NCBI GenBank assembly: GCA_964016885.1
Contig: OZ024755.1
Span: forward strand, 26,722,001-26,786,000
DNA: 64,000 nt
Direction of reading: 5' to 3'
DNA from: Eledone cirrhosa
Lineage: Eukaryota
Of the stretch, positions 52,810-64,000 are shown one piece after another. How positions within the stretch are numbered: position 1 is the first letter of the stretch; every line of letters begins with the position of its first letter. Both the position numbers and the translations under genes were made by a program. The notes under the pieces are model-generated. The model was not told the origin of the DNA, did not search any database, and saw only the letters and a program-made list of their open reading frames with translations.

Positions 52810-53720
52810 AATAAGCCACCCTGATCTCCGAGTTACGCAACCTTTCTAGTAACGTTACTCCGAACACACTTCGAAAGAACTCCATTTTGGCCACTTGTAA
52901 TTGCCGTCGTACTTTTTGGGTCGTTACCCAAGATTCATTTACATAGGTAAGGGTAAGCACCAACACTGAATAGAAGATAGCGCGTTTGGCTTTTACACCT
53001 ATGATCGAGTGCTAAGACTGGCACATTAATGCATCAGCCCCTGCAACTCTTGTATTTGATTCAGCCTCCTGCCTTCCATCAGTCGTAAAAAAGAGCCCCG
53101 GCATACCTTAACTTCTCCACCAGCTTCAACGTAACTCCACTTACGCGTAGAGTGCACTGTGTTGGTTTTTTTTGGAAGGAAGAATGTCTCAGTTTTCTCA
53201 GCACTGATTTTCATTCCTACCGTGTTAGAACTCAGCAGCAGACCTATCCCGTCCATGTCGGAAATCACCTTCTGATGAAATAAATACTACCATGTCGTTT
53301 GCAAATTCCAGCCAACTGATCCTACACCCACCGGTTTTGATACTTCCAAACTGGTTGCGAATGTCATGAAGATTATGAACAGAAGAGGTGACAGTACGTA
53401 CCCTTCACGGAGCTTGACACCCTCATTCAAATGGTTTTGAACACAAATACTATGGCATTCATATTTGGATTTCAAGGAGAACTTTCCACAATAAATCCCG
53501 TAGAATGCAATCGCATTCCTTTTCGAGGTCCATAAAACAAAATACACCTCTTTGCAATACTTTCACGATTTCTCGATGATCTGCCGCAGAGAGAATATAT
53601 GTCGCAGAGTGAATATATATGTCGCAGAGTGAATATATATGTGCTCCTCCAGGGTGGAAACTACACTGCTGTTCGGTTAGCTTGGACTCGACAATATCAT
53701 TACTTCTCTTTGCCATATAC
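52810..53720 (-). mobile_element. Decayed RTE-clade LINE, reverse transcriptase region
   Basis: EQQCSF, FMDLEKECD, GVKLREGYVLSPLLFIIFM, FAND (~FADD), GMKISAEKTE, LTY..ESW, R..GVTLLERLRNSEIR. Confidence 0.88.
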
Positions 53721-54432
53721 TTAACATAGATTTTGTTTATATATAATATAATATTCTCTCAACAAACTGTTTTAACATTGTTTAGTATCTGCATTAGTTT
53801 TTTAATTGAAAACATTTATTTATTTATTTATTTATTTATTCATTTATTTATTTATTTAATCATTTATTTATTTATTTATTTATTTATTTATATATTTATT
53901 GCTTACTTACTTGATACTTTAAGCGTTGTTTCATTTACCTCGCATCTATAATTGTCTGATTTACATGTGACTTATCTCCCTTATATCACACTTCGTCACA
54001 AACGTTATTCCAAAATTTATCTTAGATTTCAATGTCATTTTTTTTTCTTTGAGGGATAAACATTTCTCTCGGGTATAATTCAACAAGCAACTCCACCATC
54101 TATTATTTCTGTACTCTATCTCTTTATTTTCCATAATTAAAACTCACATCAGATCTTTTTCTTTTGGCCTTAGTAGTCCTTATATCTTCTTATCTAGTTG
54201 GGGCTTTATTATTAAACATTTTATAAGATTGTTGGAAAGGTTTCTCTACATGTGTGCAAGTGTGTGTTTGGTTACTTGTGTGTTGTGTGTATGTGTGTTT
54301 GTGTGTGTGTTGTGTCTCTGTGTATGTGTGTGTGTGCGCGCACTTGTGTGTGTGAGTATGTATGAGAGTCTATGTGTGTGTCTCTGTGTGTGTATGTATG
54401 TGTGCGTGTGCGTAGGTGCCTAGGTTTGTGTC

Positions 54433-54465
<33 letters not shown>

Positions 54466-54569
54466 AAGTGTCTGTGTGTATATATGTATATATGTATATA
54501 TGTGTGCATGGGTGTGTGTGTGAGTGTGTCTGTGTATATATGTGTGTACATGCTGTAATATCCAACATT

Positions 54570-54755
54570 ATTGGCAGTATCGGTAGAGCGTCAGACACTA
54601 TGCTTTGCAGCATAGAGTTATGACTCTTTACGTTCTGAGTTCAAATCCTGTCGAGGTTAGCTTTACCTTTCATCCTTACGGGGGTCGATAAAATAAAGCA
54701 CCCGTAATACATTTGGGTAATTGTTGGCCTTTTGCCAAAAGTAGAAACAATTATT
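54570..54755 (+). mobile_element. Family A SINE
   Basis: Head, core and tail as above. Confidence 0.88.
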
Positions 54756-56139
54756 ACCGATGCTCATCTTTACAGTTTCCTATAAAATCTACAACCATAT
54801 ATTTATATATTTTCTTCTCATTTGCTATTACAGAATATTATTTTAAAATCTGTTCTGCCTATTCATCGAAACAATTTCTGTAATTTTCATTAATATCATT
54901 GTATTTTTCGAATCCTTTCGTAACGCATCGTTTACATTTGATAATATTATATCAAATTATTGTTTTATAGCTAATTATGTGTAGTATTTGGCTATTGTTC
55001 TAATAAATATTAACACATTCAGAATACAAGGTTTCTTTTGTTTTATACCCAAAATAGATTTAGCTATCTATGAATGAGGTGCTTTGTTGACATGTATCAT
55101 ATCCACCCTAATTAGGGAACAAAAGCTTTACGATAAATATCTCACTTCAACTTCATTAGAATTTTACGTTAGAAATGTTGAGATCAAAGAAATTCGATAA
55201 TGAAAACAGCAGATAGTTTTATGGGTAATATTGATTTGTAACAGAGGTCCTGTGCCACGTATTTGAAAGAAATGAAGCAGTTTATTATATCGATAACAGT
55301 TCTTGTTGGATACTTTATTTTATTGACACCGAAAGGATGAATGAAAAGCCAAGTTGATCTCGGCGAATTTTTAAGAGGCATAACTAAATACTAGTGGAAA
55401 CAGCGGTTAATAAAGGTGAAATGATTGTAGTGTCGTATTTTATGTGAAGAGGATGTGGGAGAAGTACAACGAGGATTCCATGCAAAAAAGTGGACATGGA
55501 TAGGGGCGCCAGTTTGAGAGAGAAATGAAGCAGGCTGAAAAAGTTTGAGATTATATAATATATTGATGAAGGAATGTGGAGGCGAGGAGAAGATGCAGGT
55601 GGTGTCTAGGGGTAGATATGAAGAGCGGGTGGAATGAGGTAGAGTGTTGATGCGGAGAAGTTAAGAGAGAAGTAAAGGTGAAGGAATAGGAATGTAGTAA
55701 TGTAGTGTATTGGTGTAATACAGTATAATTGTAGAGGCTTTCCCGCGAGCTCGGAAAAGACGAACTGTTGGCGAAGGACCTTTACTGCAAACTTGTTATT
55801 GAACTGGTTAACAGAAAAGACCTGAATTTTAGGAGTAGATCGATCTCTCGTACGTTTGGAAATAATTGTCATGCAATAAGCAACAGTCTAACAAACGACC
55901 GTTTGTTGTTATTTTGCGTATAGCTTAACTGAAGCTATATAATGTTATATAAGGCAGTGTAATGTTGTAATACAGTCTTATAGTGTAATACAATTCAATG
56001 TTGTAATGCATTTCATTGGTGTAATTCAGTATGTTGTGGTAATACAGTGTATTGTGGTAATACTGTATTGTGGTGATGTAATCCGCAGTAGATATCTGAG
56101 ATATGGGTATCCAAGTAAACGTTGGTAAATGTTGTTGGA

Positions 56140-56432
56140 CCTCCGTCGTTTCCGACGACGAGTGCTCCAGTTGATGCAATCATCGAGACAGTCTGCTCAT
56201 AAAATTAACGTGCATGTGGCTGAACATTACACAACCACGTAGTTCTCAGGGAGATTCAGTTTGACACTGAAGGGGACAAGGTTGGTCCTTTGAATTGCAT
56301 GTACGACTTAATTTTTTGTCAGCTGAGTGGATTGAGTCAATGTGAAATAAAGTGTCTTGCTCAAGGACACAACACACAGACCAGTCCGAGAATCGAACTG
56401 ATGACGCTAACTATTAAACTACGCGCCTTCAC
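56140..56432 (-). mobile_element. Family B SINE
   Basis: Minus strand GTGAAGGCGCGTAGTTTAATAGTTAGCG...GTTCGATTC; body as 22495. Confidence 0.75.
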
Positions 56433-56966
56433 AATAATAAATGAAATGCAGATAAAATAAAATAAACCCTGAAAAAACAGCAACTGAGAACAACATATTA
56501 CAATAACAGGTTATTAGTTTACCGTTTAATGGAAGGAATAAAAGAATCTTAGTTATGGACGCATAGTCTTTCATCGGAAAGAAAAGCAAAGAAAGCAGAG
56601 AGTATTGTTAGAAGAGAAGAAAGCTGAAGACAAAACAAAATCTGGAAAAATGAAAAAATAGGAAGATAGGAGAAAAGACATTTCGTCAAACGTCAGCCAT
56701 CTTAGAAAAAGGAAGTAAGATAGAAGTTGAAAAATCTTCAGCCACAGGAAGACCGGAAAAGGGAGATAAATGAGAAAAGAAATATGGATAGTGTCAAAAT
56801 AAATGTGTGTGTGTAGAGAGTGAGGGGGGGGGGAGGAAAAAGAGAAAGAGAGTGAATAAAGTTGACCATAATAATTTAAATGTGATTTGGATATTAATTT
56901 CTTTAAAAATTCCTGAAAACATATTTCATAAATATTCCTTACATATTGTATTTCCAACCAATGATA

Positions 56967-57030
<64 letters not shown>

Positions 57031-57120
57031 TCTAATAAACATATACACAAATATTTTATCCTAAATCAACAAATGTATTTAACGGCTTTCTTGTCGGGAT
57101 ACGTTATTAATTATAGTTTG

Positions 57121-57306
57121 GCGGTGGATTGGCAGTATCGGTAGAGGTTCGGACGCCATGCTTTGACGCATAGAGTTACGGCCCTTGCCATTCTGAGTTC
57201 AAATCCCGCCGAGGTTAACTTTGCCTTTCATCCTTACGGGGTCGATAAAATAAAGTACCAGTAATGTACTGGGTAATTTTCTGGCCTTGTGCCAATAGTA
57301 GAAACA
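57121..57306 (+). mobile_element. Family A SINE with 18-bp TSD
   Basis: GTTATTAATTATAGTTTG at 57103-57120 and 57307-57324. Confidence 0.93.
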
Positions 57307-57422
57307 GTTATTAATTATAGTTTGACCTTTCTGCTTTCTCCTGTTTCGTATCCACTTCAATAATTTATTACATTGAAGTATTGTGGTGTATCTACTTGGT
57401 GAGTTTACTTAGGAGGATAATA

Positions 57423-58303
57423 ATTGTTTCTACTTTTGGCACAAGGCCAGAAATTACTCAGTGCATTACTGGTACTATATTTTATCGACCCCGTAAGGAT
57501 GAAAGGCAAAGTTAACCTCGGCGGGATTTGAACTCAGAATGGCAAGGGTCGTAACTCTATGCGTCGTCAAAGCATGGTGTCCGACCCTCCACCAGTACTG
57601 CCAATCCGCAATAATGAAAGGCAAAGTTAACCTCGGCGGGATTTGAACTCAGAATGGCAAGGGTCGTAACTCTATGCGTCGTCAAAGCATGGTGTCCGAC
57701 CCTCCACCAGTACTGCCAATCCGCAATAATGAAAGGCAAAGTTAACCTCGGCGGGATTTGAACTCAGAATGGCAAGGGTCGTAACTCTATGCGTCGTCAA
57801 AGCATGGTGTCCGACCCTCCACCAGTACTGCCAATCCGCAATAATGAAAGGCAAAGTTAACCTCGGCGGGATTTGAACTCAGAATGGCAAGGGTCGTAAC
57901 TCTATGCGTCGTCAAAGCATGGTGTCCGACCCTCCACCAGTACTGCCAATCCGCAATAATGAAAGGCAAAGTTAACCTCGGCGGGATTTGAACTCAGAAT
58001 GGCAAGGGTCGTAACTCTATGCGTCGTCAAAGCATGGTGTCCGACCCTCCACCAGTACTGCCAATCCGCAATAATGAAAGGCAAAGTTAACCTCGGCGGG
58101 ATTTGAACTCAGAATGGCAAGGGTCGTAACTCTATGCGTCGTCAAAGCATGGTGTCCGACCCTCCACCAGTACTGCCAATCCGCAATAATGAAAGGCAAA
58201 GTTAACCTCGGCGGGATTTGAACTCAGAATGGCAAGGGTCGTAACTCTATGCGTCGTCAAAGCATGGTGTCCGACCCTCCACCAGTACTGCCAATCCACA
58301 ATA
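57423..58303 (-). repeat. Family A SINE whose tRNA-like head is amplified into seven 115-bp units
   Basis: Period 115 (ORF starts at 57557, 57672, 57787...); units essentially identical; single SINE tail at 57423-57500. Confidence 0.95.
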
Positions 58304-58374
58304 ATGATAATGATGATGGTGATGAAAATCTTCACCACTATCTTCATCCCCTCTCCCGTCACATCAACAATCAC

Positions 58375-58575
58375 TAACAATCACCACCACCACCACCACC
58401 ACCACCACCACCATCAAAATCCTCCTTATCATCATCATCATCATCATAATCATAATCATCATAATTATTATGATCACAATCACCGCCATCATCATATTCA
58501 TCATCATCATCATCATGTTCGTCGTCGTCATCGCCATAATCATTATCATCATAATCACCACCATTATCATAATCG

Positions 58576-58626
<51 letters not shown>

Positions 58627-58760
58627 CAATCACCGCCATCTTCATAATCATCATCATTACCATCACCACCATCATCATCATCACCATCACAATCACCGCC
58701 ATCATCATTATCATCATAATCTTCCTAAGCATCATCATCATCATCATCATCATCATCATT
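58375..58760. repeat. (CAT/CAC)n microsatellite
   Basis: Direct reading; source of the poly-His ORF. Confidence 0.92.
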
Positions 58761-58917
58761 GTTATAAATATATCATAAATAATATCACATTGGAGACAAC
58801 AACAGAGAAAGTACAGAGAAAATAACATGAAAAGGCTTTTAGATTAATGATTCTTACATCTGAACTATCTACGGTGATAAATCACAATTCAATGCGTACA
58901 CAAGCCAAAATACAGAA

Positions 58918-60517
58918 CCTCTGTGTGGTGGCTCAACCTGCTAGTAATAGCAATCAAGTTCTTCTGTATGGTGGATCAACTTACTAGTAATAGCAATCCA
59001 GTTCTTGTATGGTGGATCAGCCTGCTAATAATAGCAAGCGAGTTATTCTGTATGGTGGATCAACTTACTAGTAATAGCAACCAAGTTATTCTGTATGGTG
59101 GATCAACTTACTAGTAATAGCAATCAAGTTCTTGTATGGTGGATCAACTTACTAGTAATAGCAATCAAGTTCTTGTATGGTGGATCAACTTACTAGTAAT
59201 AGCAACCAAGTTATTCTGTATGGTGGATCAACTTACTAGTAATAGCAATCAAGTTCTTGTATGGTGGATCAACTTACTAGTAATAGCAATCAAGTTCTTG
59301 TATGGTGGCTCAACTTACTAGTAATAACAATCAAGTTATTCTGTATGGTGGATCAACTTACTAGTAATAGCAATCGAGTTCTTGTATGGTGGATCAACCT
59401 GCTAATAATAGCAAGCGAGTTATTCTGTATGGTGGATCAACTTACTAGTAATAGCAATCAAGTTATTCTGTATGGTGCATCAACTTATTAGTAATAGCAA
59501 TCAAGTTCTTTTATGGTGGATCAACTTACTAGTAATAGCAATTAAGTTCTTGTATGGTGGATCAACGTACTAGTAATAGCAACCAAGTTATTCTGTATGG
59601 TGGATCAACTTACTAGTAATAGCAATCAAGTTCTTGTATGGTGGATCAACTTACTAGTAATAGCAATCAAGTTCTTGTATGGTGGCTCAACTTACTAGTA
59701 ATAACAATCAAGTTATTCTGTATGGTGGATCAACTTACTAGTAATAGCAATCGAGTTCTTGTATGGTGGATCAACCTGCTAATAATAACAAGCGAGTTAT
59801 TCTGTATGCTGGATCAACTTACTAGTAATAGCAATCAAGTTATTCTGTATGGTGGATCAACTTACTAGTAATAGCAATCAAGTTCTTGTATGGTGGATCA
59901 ACTTACTAGTAATAGCAATCAAGTTCTTGTATGGTGGATCAACTTACTAGTAATAGCAATCAAGTTCTTGTATGGTGGCTCAACTTACTAGTAATAGCAA
60001 TCAAGTTATTCTGTATGGTGGATCAACTTACTAGTAATAGCAATCGAGTTCTTGTATGGTGGATCAACCTGCTAATAATAGCAAGCGAGTTATTCTGTAT
60101 GCTGGATCAACTTACTAGTAATAGCAATCAAGTTATTCTGTATGGTGGATCAACTTACTAGTAATAGCAATCAAGTTCTTTTATGGTGGATCAACTTACT
60201 AGTAATAGCAATCAAGTTCTTGTATGGTGGATCAACTTACTAGTAATAGCAACCAAGTTATTCTGTATGGTGGATCAACTTACTAGTAATAGCAATCAAG
60301 TTCTTGTATGGTGGATCAACTTACTAGTAATAGGAATCAAGTTCTTGTATGGTGGCTCAACTTACTAGTAATAACAATCAAGTTATTCTGTATGGTGGAT
60401 CAACTTACTAGTAATAACAATCAAGTTATTCTGTATGGTGGATCAACTTACTAGTAATAACAATCAAGTTATTCTGTATGGTGGATCAACTTACTAGTAA
60501 TAGCAATCAAGTTCTTG
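58918..60517. repeat. 41/43-bp minisatellite, ~38 copies, with higher-order blocks
   Basis: Unit TGTATGGTGGATCAACTTACTAGTAATAGCAATCAAGTT(CT/ATTC). Confidence 0.97.
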
Positions 60518-60559
60518 TCAGTTCAGGGAAATAAATCTTTGAAACAGCGATATCACCAA

Positions 60560-60720
60560 TAACAGTCAAAGTCGGAAATACGGCGGCCCGCTTGAGGACG
60601 GAGTCTGTGAAATTGAGTGTATGTTGCAGCGGCTTTTTCTGACCATTCTCTGCAGTAACACCATCGCCATTTTTTCGCGGGGTGCGCCTGAGGCATCTCT
60701 CAGAGTAGGATGAAGTATCT
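60560..60720 (-). mobile_element. Possible CRE-like 3' remnant
   Basis: LRDASGAPRE...LLQRM...RCN resembles L..TGDPRE..L.QRLS...RGN. Confidence 0.4.
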
Positions 60721-60745
60721 GCCCCCCCCCCCCATCTCTCCCCCC

Positions 60746-60804
<59 letters not shown>

Positions 60805-61117
60805 AGTGGAAGCTTAGTAAAATCGAAGCTTTGGCTGTGGCCAAGCTAACGACCTACAATTAGGAATGAGCAGCAAAGCATTCATTAAGGTAGTCGGCCT
60901 TAGAGTAATAACATACGTTTAGACAGCTTGACAAATTGAAAATTGCGGCAGGTAGACCTAGCATATATTAATTAAAGGTTACATAATATCTCATACTTAA
61001 ACATGAGTAATCTCTCAGAAAAGCATTAACGGTTCAAGTTTTTCCTGGATACTATCCAGGAAAAACTTGAACCGTTCAGATCTTCTTTCTGGATATGTCA
61101 ATATTTAAAAAACAAAC

Positions 61118-61182
61118 TTTGTATTTTATCTGATGAGAGCATACCAAAGTTTTGGCACCCTTGAAATATATATAATAGAATA
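61118..61182 (+). ncRNA. Minimal type I hammerhead ribozyme (family H1)
   Basis: TATTTTAT-CTGATGA(61130)-stem II CCAAA/TTTGG (weakened)-GAAA(61163)-T ATAT A-TA|ATAGAATA; preceded by a 24-bp-arm palindrome at 61028-61076. Confidence 0.68.
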
Positions 61183-61318
61183 AATATGGTTTTATAAATA
61201 TAGTTTCCATTTATTTAATATCATTGAATATTATACTCCAGAAAACTTGTCGAGTTCTTCAAATCAGTTATAAACATTTATATTTGTTGAATTACCAACA
61301 AATTAAATATCCCTTTTG

Positions 61319-61373
<55 letters not shown>

Positions 61374-61609
61374 CTAACTGGAATGACTGCTTGGATATTC
61401 GGCTGACACCCATCTTGTGAATTGTTGTTTGCCCGTAACGGGACTCAGGAAAGAGGGGATATATATATATATAGGCTGGCAGTCGAAGAAACAACACCAC
61501 GCGTTCGGCCGGGCCCCTGTATCATAAAAAGAAAATTTTTTTCGGGGAAATTATTGGATTTTCCCAAATTTTAAAGGTGTCTTAGGATCTTTCAATGTTT
61601 ATTTTAGGT

Positions 61610-61675
61610 TTTGCTCTCTGAAGAGCTCAGGCTATCATAACTGATAGTCCTCAGTGAAATATGTATAACGGGGTT
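61610..61675 (+). ncRNA. Hammerhead-like motif (family H5), weak stem I
   Basis: CTGAAGA(61618)-GCT C AGG CTATCA TAAC TGATAG T CCT C AGT-GAAA(61656)-T ATGT A-TA|; downstream end repeated at 63352-63375. Confidence 0.55.
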
Positions 61676-61709
61676 ATATCAACTGAATATGGCCTCCGAC
61701 CTTTTATTG

Positions 61710-61799
<90 letters not shown>

Positions 61800-61919
61800 C
61801 AGCCTCCTTCCTGCAATAATCAATGTGAGATGACTGTGTCAGATGTTAAATATTGATCTGGTTGAAAAAGTGACAATTAAACCTCTTGAAATGGAATGTT
61901 GTTGTTCTTCTCCTCCTTC

Positions 61920-62167
61920 TTCTACTGTTGCTGCTACTACTACTACTAGTACTACTAATGCTGCTGCTGTTGCTACTACTACTACTACTACTACTGCTGC
62001 TACTACTACTACTACTGCTGCTGCTACTGCTACTGCTGCTACTACTATTACTACTGCTGCTGCTGCTACTACTACTACTGCTACTACTACTACTACTGCT
62101 GCTACTACTACTGCCGCTGCTGCTATTACTGCTACTACTACTACTATTACTACTGCTGTCACTACTA

Positions 62168-62200
<33 letters not shown>

Positions 62201-62475
62201 TTACTACTACTACTAATGTTGCTGCTACTACTGCTGCTGCTGCTGCTACTACTACTGCCGCTGCTGCTATTACTGCTACTACTACTACTATTACTACTGC
62301 TGTCACTACTACTACTACTACTACTGCTGCTGCTGCTGTTACTACTACTACTGATGTTGCTGCTACTACTGCTGCTGCTGCTGCTACTACTACTGCTACT
62401 ACTGCTGCTGCTGCTACTACTACTACTACTACTGCTGCTGCTACTACTACTATTGCTGTTGCTACTATTGCTGCT
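61920..62475. repeat. (CTA/CTG)n microsatellite with internal duplication
   Basis: Direct reading; source of the poly-Thr/Ala/Leu ORFs. Confidence 0.92.
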
Positions 62476-62919
62476 GTACTAATACTAATATTACTTCATC
62501 CATTTCTTCTCTTCTCTCTTCTTTTCTCTATTCTTTTCTCTACCTTCTTCTCTTCTCCCCCCCCCCCCTCATTTCCTTCTTCTTCGTCCTCATCTCCTCC
62601 CACCTCTCCTCTCATTTACTGCTACTTCCGAAAATCAAAGAGACAACATATTTGATTTTCGTAATTCTCATTTTAGAGAACAGACGCTTCGATAATTATA
62701 TAATGTTGCTAAAGAATCCAATGGAATGGTGGCAACCTAATCGAACTAAAATCAATTTTAATCGATTTTGTGAACAAACAACAAAAGCAGTTAGCAGAGT
62801 TGAAGCTAAAAAAACATTTGTTGTCGGCTGACTGGTTTTCAATGTGATAATACGAAATACATCGCTGCCCTTCTGTTGAATAGAAAACAATGACGAAAGA
62901 CATTTTTGCTCTAACACAA

Positions 62920-63307
62920 GGCCTGGCAGTATCGGTAGAGAGTCGGACGCCATGCTTTCCAGCATAGTTACGTCCCTTTACGATCTGAGTTCAAATCCCG
63001 CCGAGGTTGACTTTGCCTTTCATCTTTACGGGGTCGATAAAATAAAGTACCAGTAATGCACTGGGTAATTGCTGGCCTTGTGCCAAAAGTAGAAACAATT
63101 ATTCATTAGAAAAGGTCGGAGGATTGGCAGTATTGGTAGAGGGTCGGACGCCATGCTTTGCAGCATAAAGTTACGCCTCTTTATGGTCTGAGTTCAAATC
63201 CCGCCGAGGTTAACTTTGCTTTTCATCCTTACGGGGGTCGATAAAATAAAGTACCAGTAATGCACTGTGATAATTGCTGGCCTTGTGCCAAATGTAGAAC
63301 CAATTAT
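62920..63307 (+). mobile_element. Two adjacent family A SINEs
   Basis: Second copy flanked by TATTCATTAGAAAA TSD. Confidence 0.9.
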
Positions 63308-63371
63308 TCATTAGAAAATGTTAAAGACAGTCAATAGTGGTTTCTGGTATATGGCCTCCGACCTTTTATTG

Positions 63372-63457
<86 letters not shown>

Positions 63458-63529
63458 TATAAAAATTGACAAATAGACTGAAAAACGTTCATGCCTTTCT
63501 TGATGGTCCTGAGTTCTTGGCTTCTTAGC

Positions 63530-63690
63530 GACATCCTTGCTCGTTGTTATCGGAGCGGAGTGGAATTGGTTACCCGCAGGAGCGAACCCCGCTAGACGGA
63601 GTGGCTGTTCCAGCGCGTCTCCCTCGCCGACCTCCGGGGCAATATCTTCCCCCTCCTGTCTGGCGGGACCACGAAGCGAACGACATATTA
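63530..63690 (+). mobile_element. CRE-clade 3' remnant
   Basis: TTCCAGCGCGTCTCCCTCGCCG identical to 24757-24778; encodes EWLFQRVSLADLRGN. Confidence 0.75.
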
Positions 63691-64000
63691 GGGTAAGTGT
63701 AGGGTGGCATACTTTAGACGAAAAGATTAATAATGCTGACACACTCACTCACACACACACACTCTCACACACACACTCACACACACACACACACACACAC
63801 TTCTTATTGGTACATAATAAAATTACTATAACTGGTGTTCGTAACCGGAGTGGGAATACAGCTCGTCGGAGAAGACATATATTTACTCCATGAGGTGTCA
63901 CGTAAAGCTTGTTACAAAGAAGTTATAATTACAACAAAGTTTCCTACTAATGTATATATGTATAGACCTAAATCTTCTGATATAGCCGTGGGGCGCCGTC

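Noticed and set aside
57121-57220. tRNA genes in SINE heads
   Set aside because: A and B boxes are present but there is no complete cloverleaf, and each head runs into SINE core and tail.
61839-62655. Mucin- or antifreeze-like Thr/Ala ORF, and the poly-His ORF at 58229
   Set aside because: They are trinucleotide microsatellites open in several frames, with no splice or domain support.

Overview
This is AT-rich, microsatellite-dense eukaryotic DNA. The SINE families and repeat landscape suggest an octopod cephalopod, which is inference from recall and was not searched. I found no recognisable host exon, rRNA, true tRNA or CRISPR array, and almost all listed ORFs are translations of simple repeats. 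The window contains: (i) a full-length DD37D (maT-type) Tc1/mariner element with an intact ORF but a D->N change at the first catalytic residue; (ii) many non-LTR retrotransposon fragments (R4/Dong-like and CRE-like RLE elements, RTE, degenerate CR1-like); (iii) tRNA-derived SINEs, MITEs and a non-autonomous Helitron; (iv) several minisatellites. Three things stand out. First, at least seven type I hammerhead ribozyme motifs from several sequence families sit in short non-coding elements at (TA)n tracts, often with inverted or palindromic ends, resembling Penelope pLTRs or retrozymes; one has a ~444-bp unit. Second, R4/Dong-like elements cluster in (TACA)n repeats and include an internally deleted 5'+3' derivative. 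Third, three different minisatellites appear to be amplified from different parts of one dispersed repeat family. All coordinates were read by eye and boundaries of degenerate repeats are approximate.
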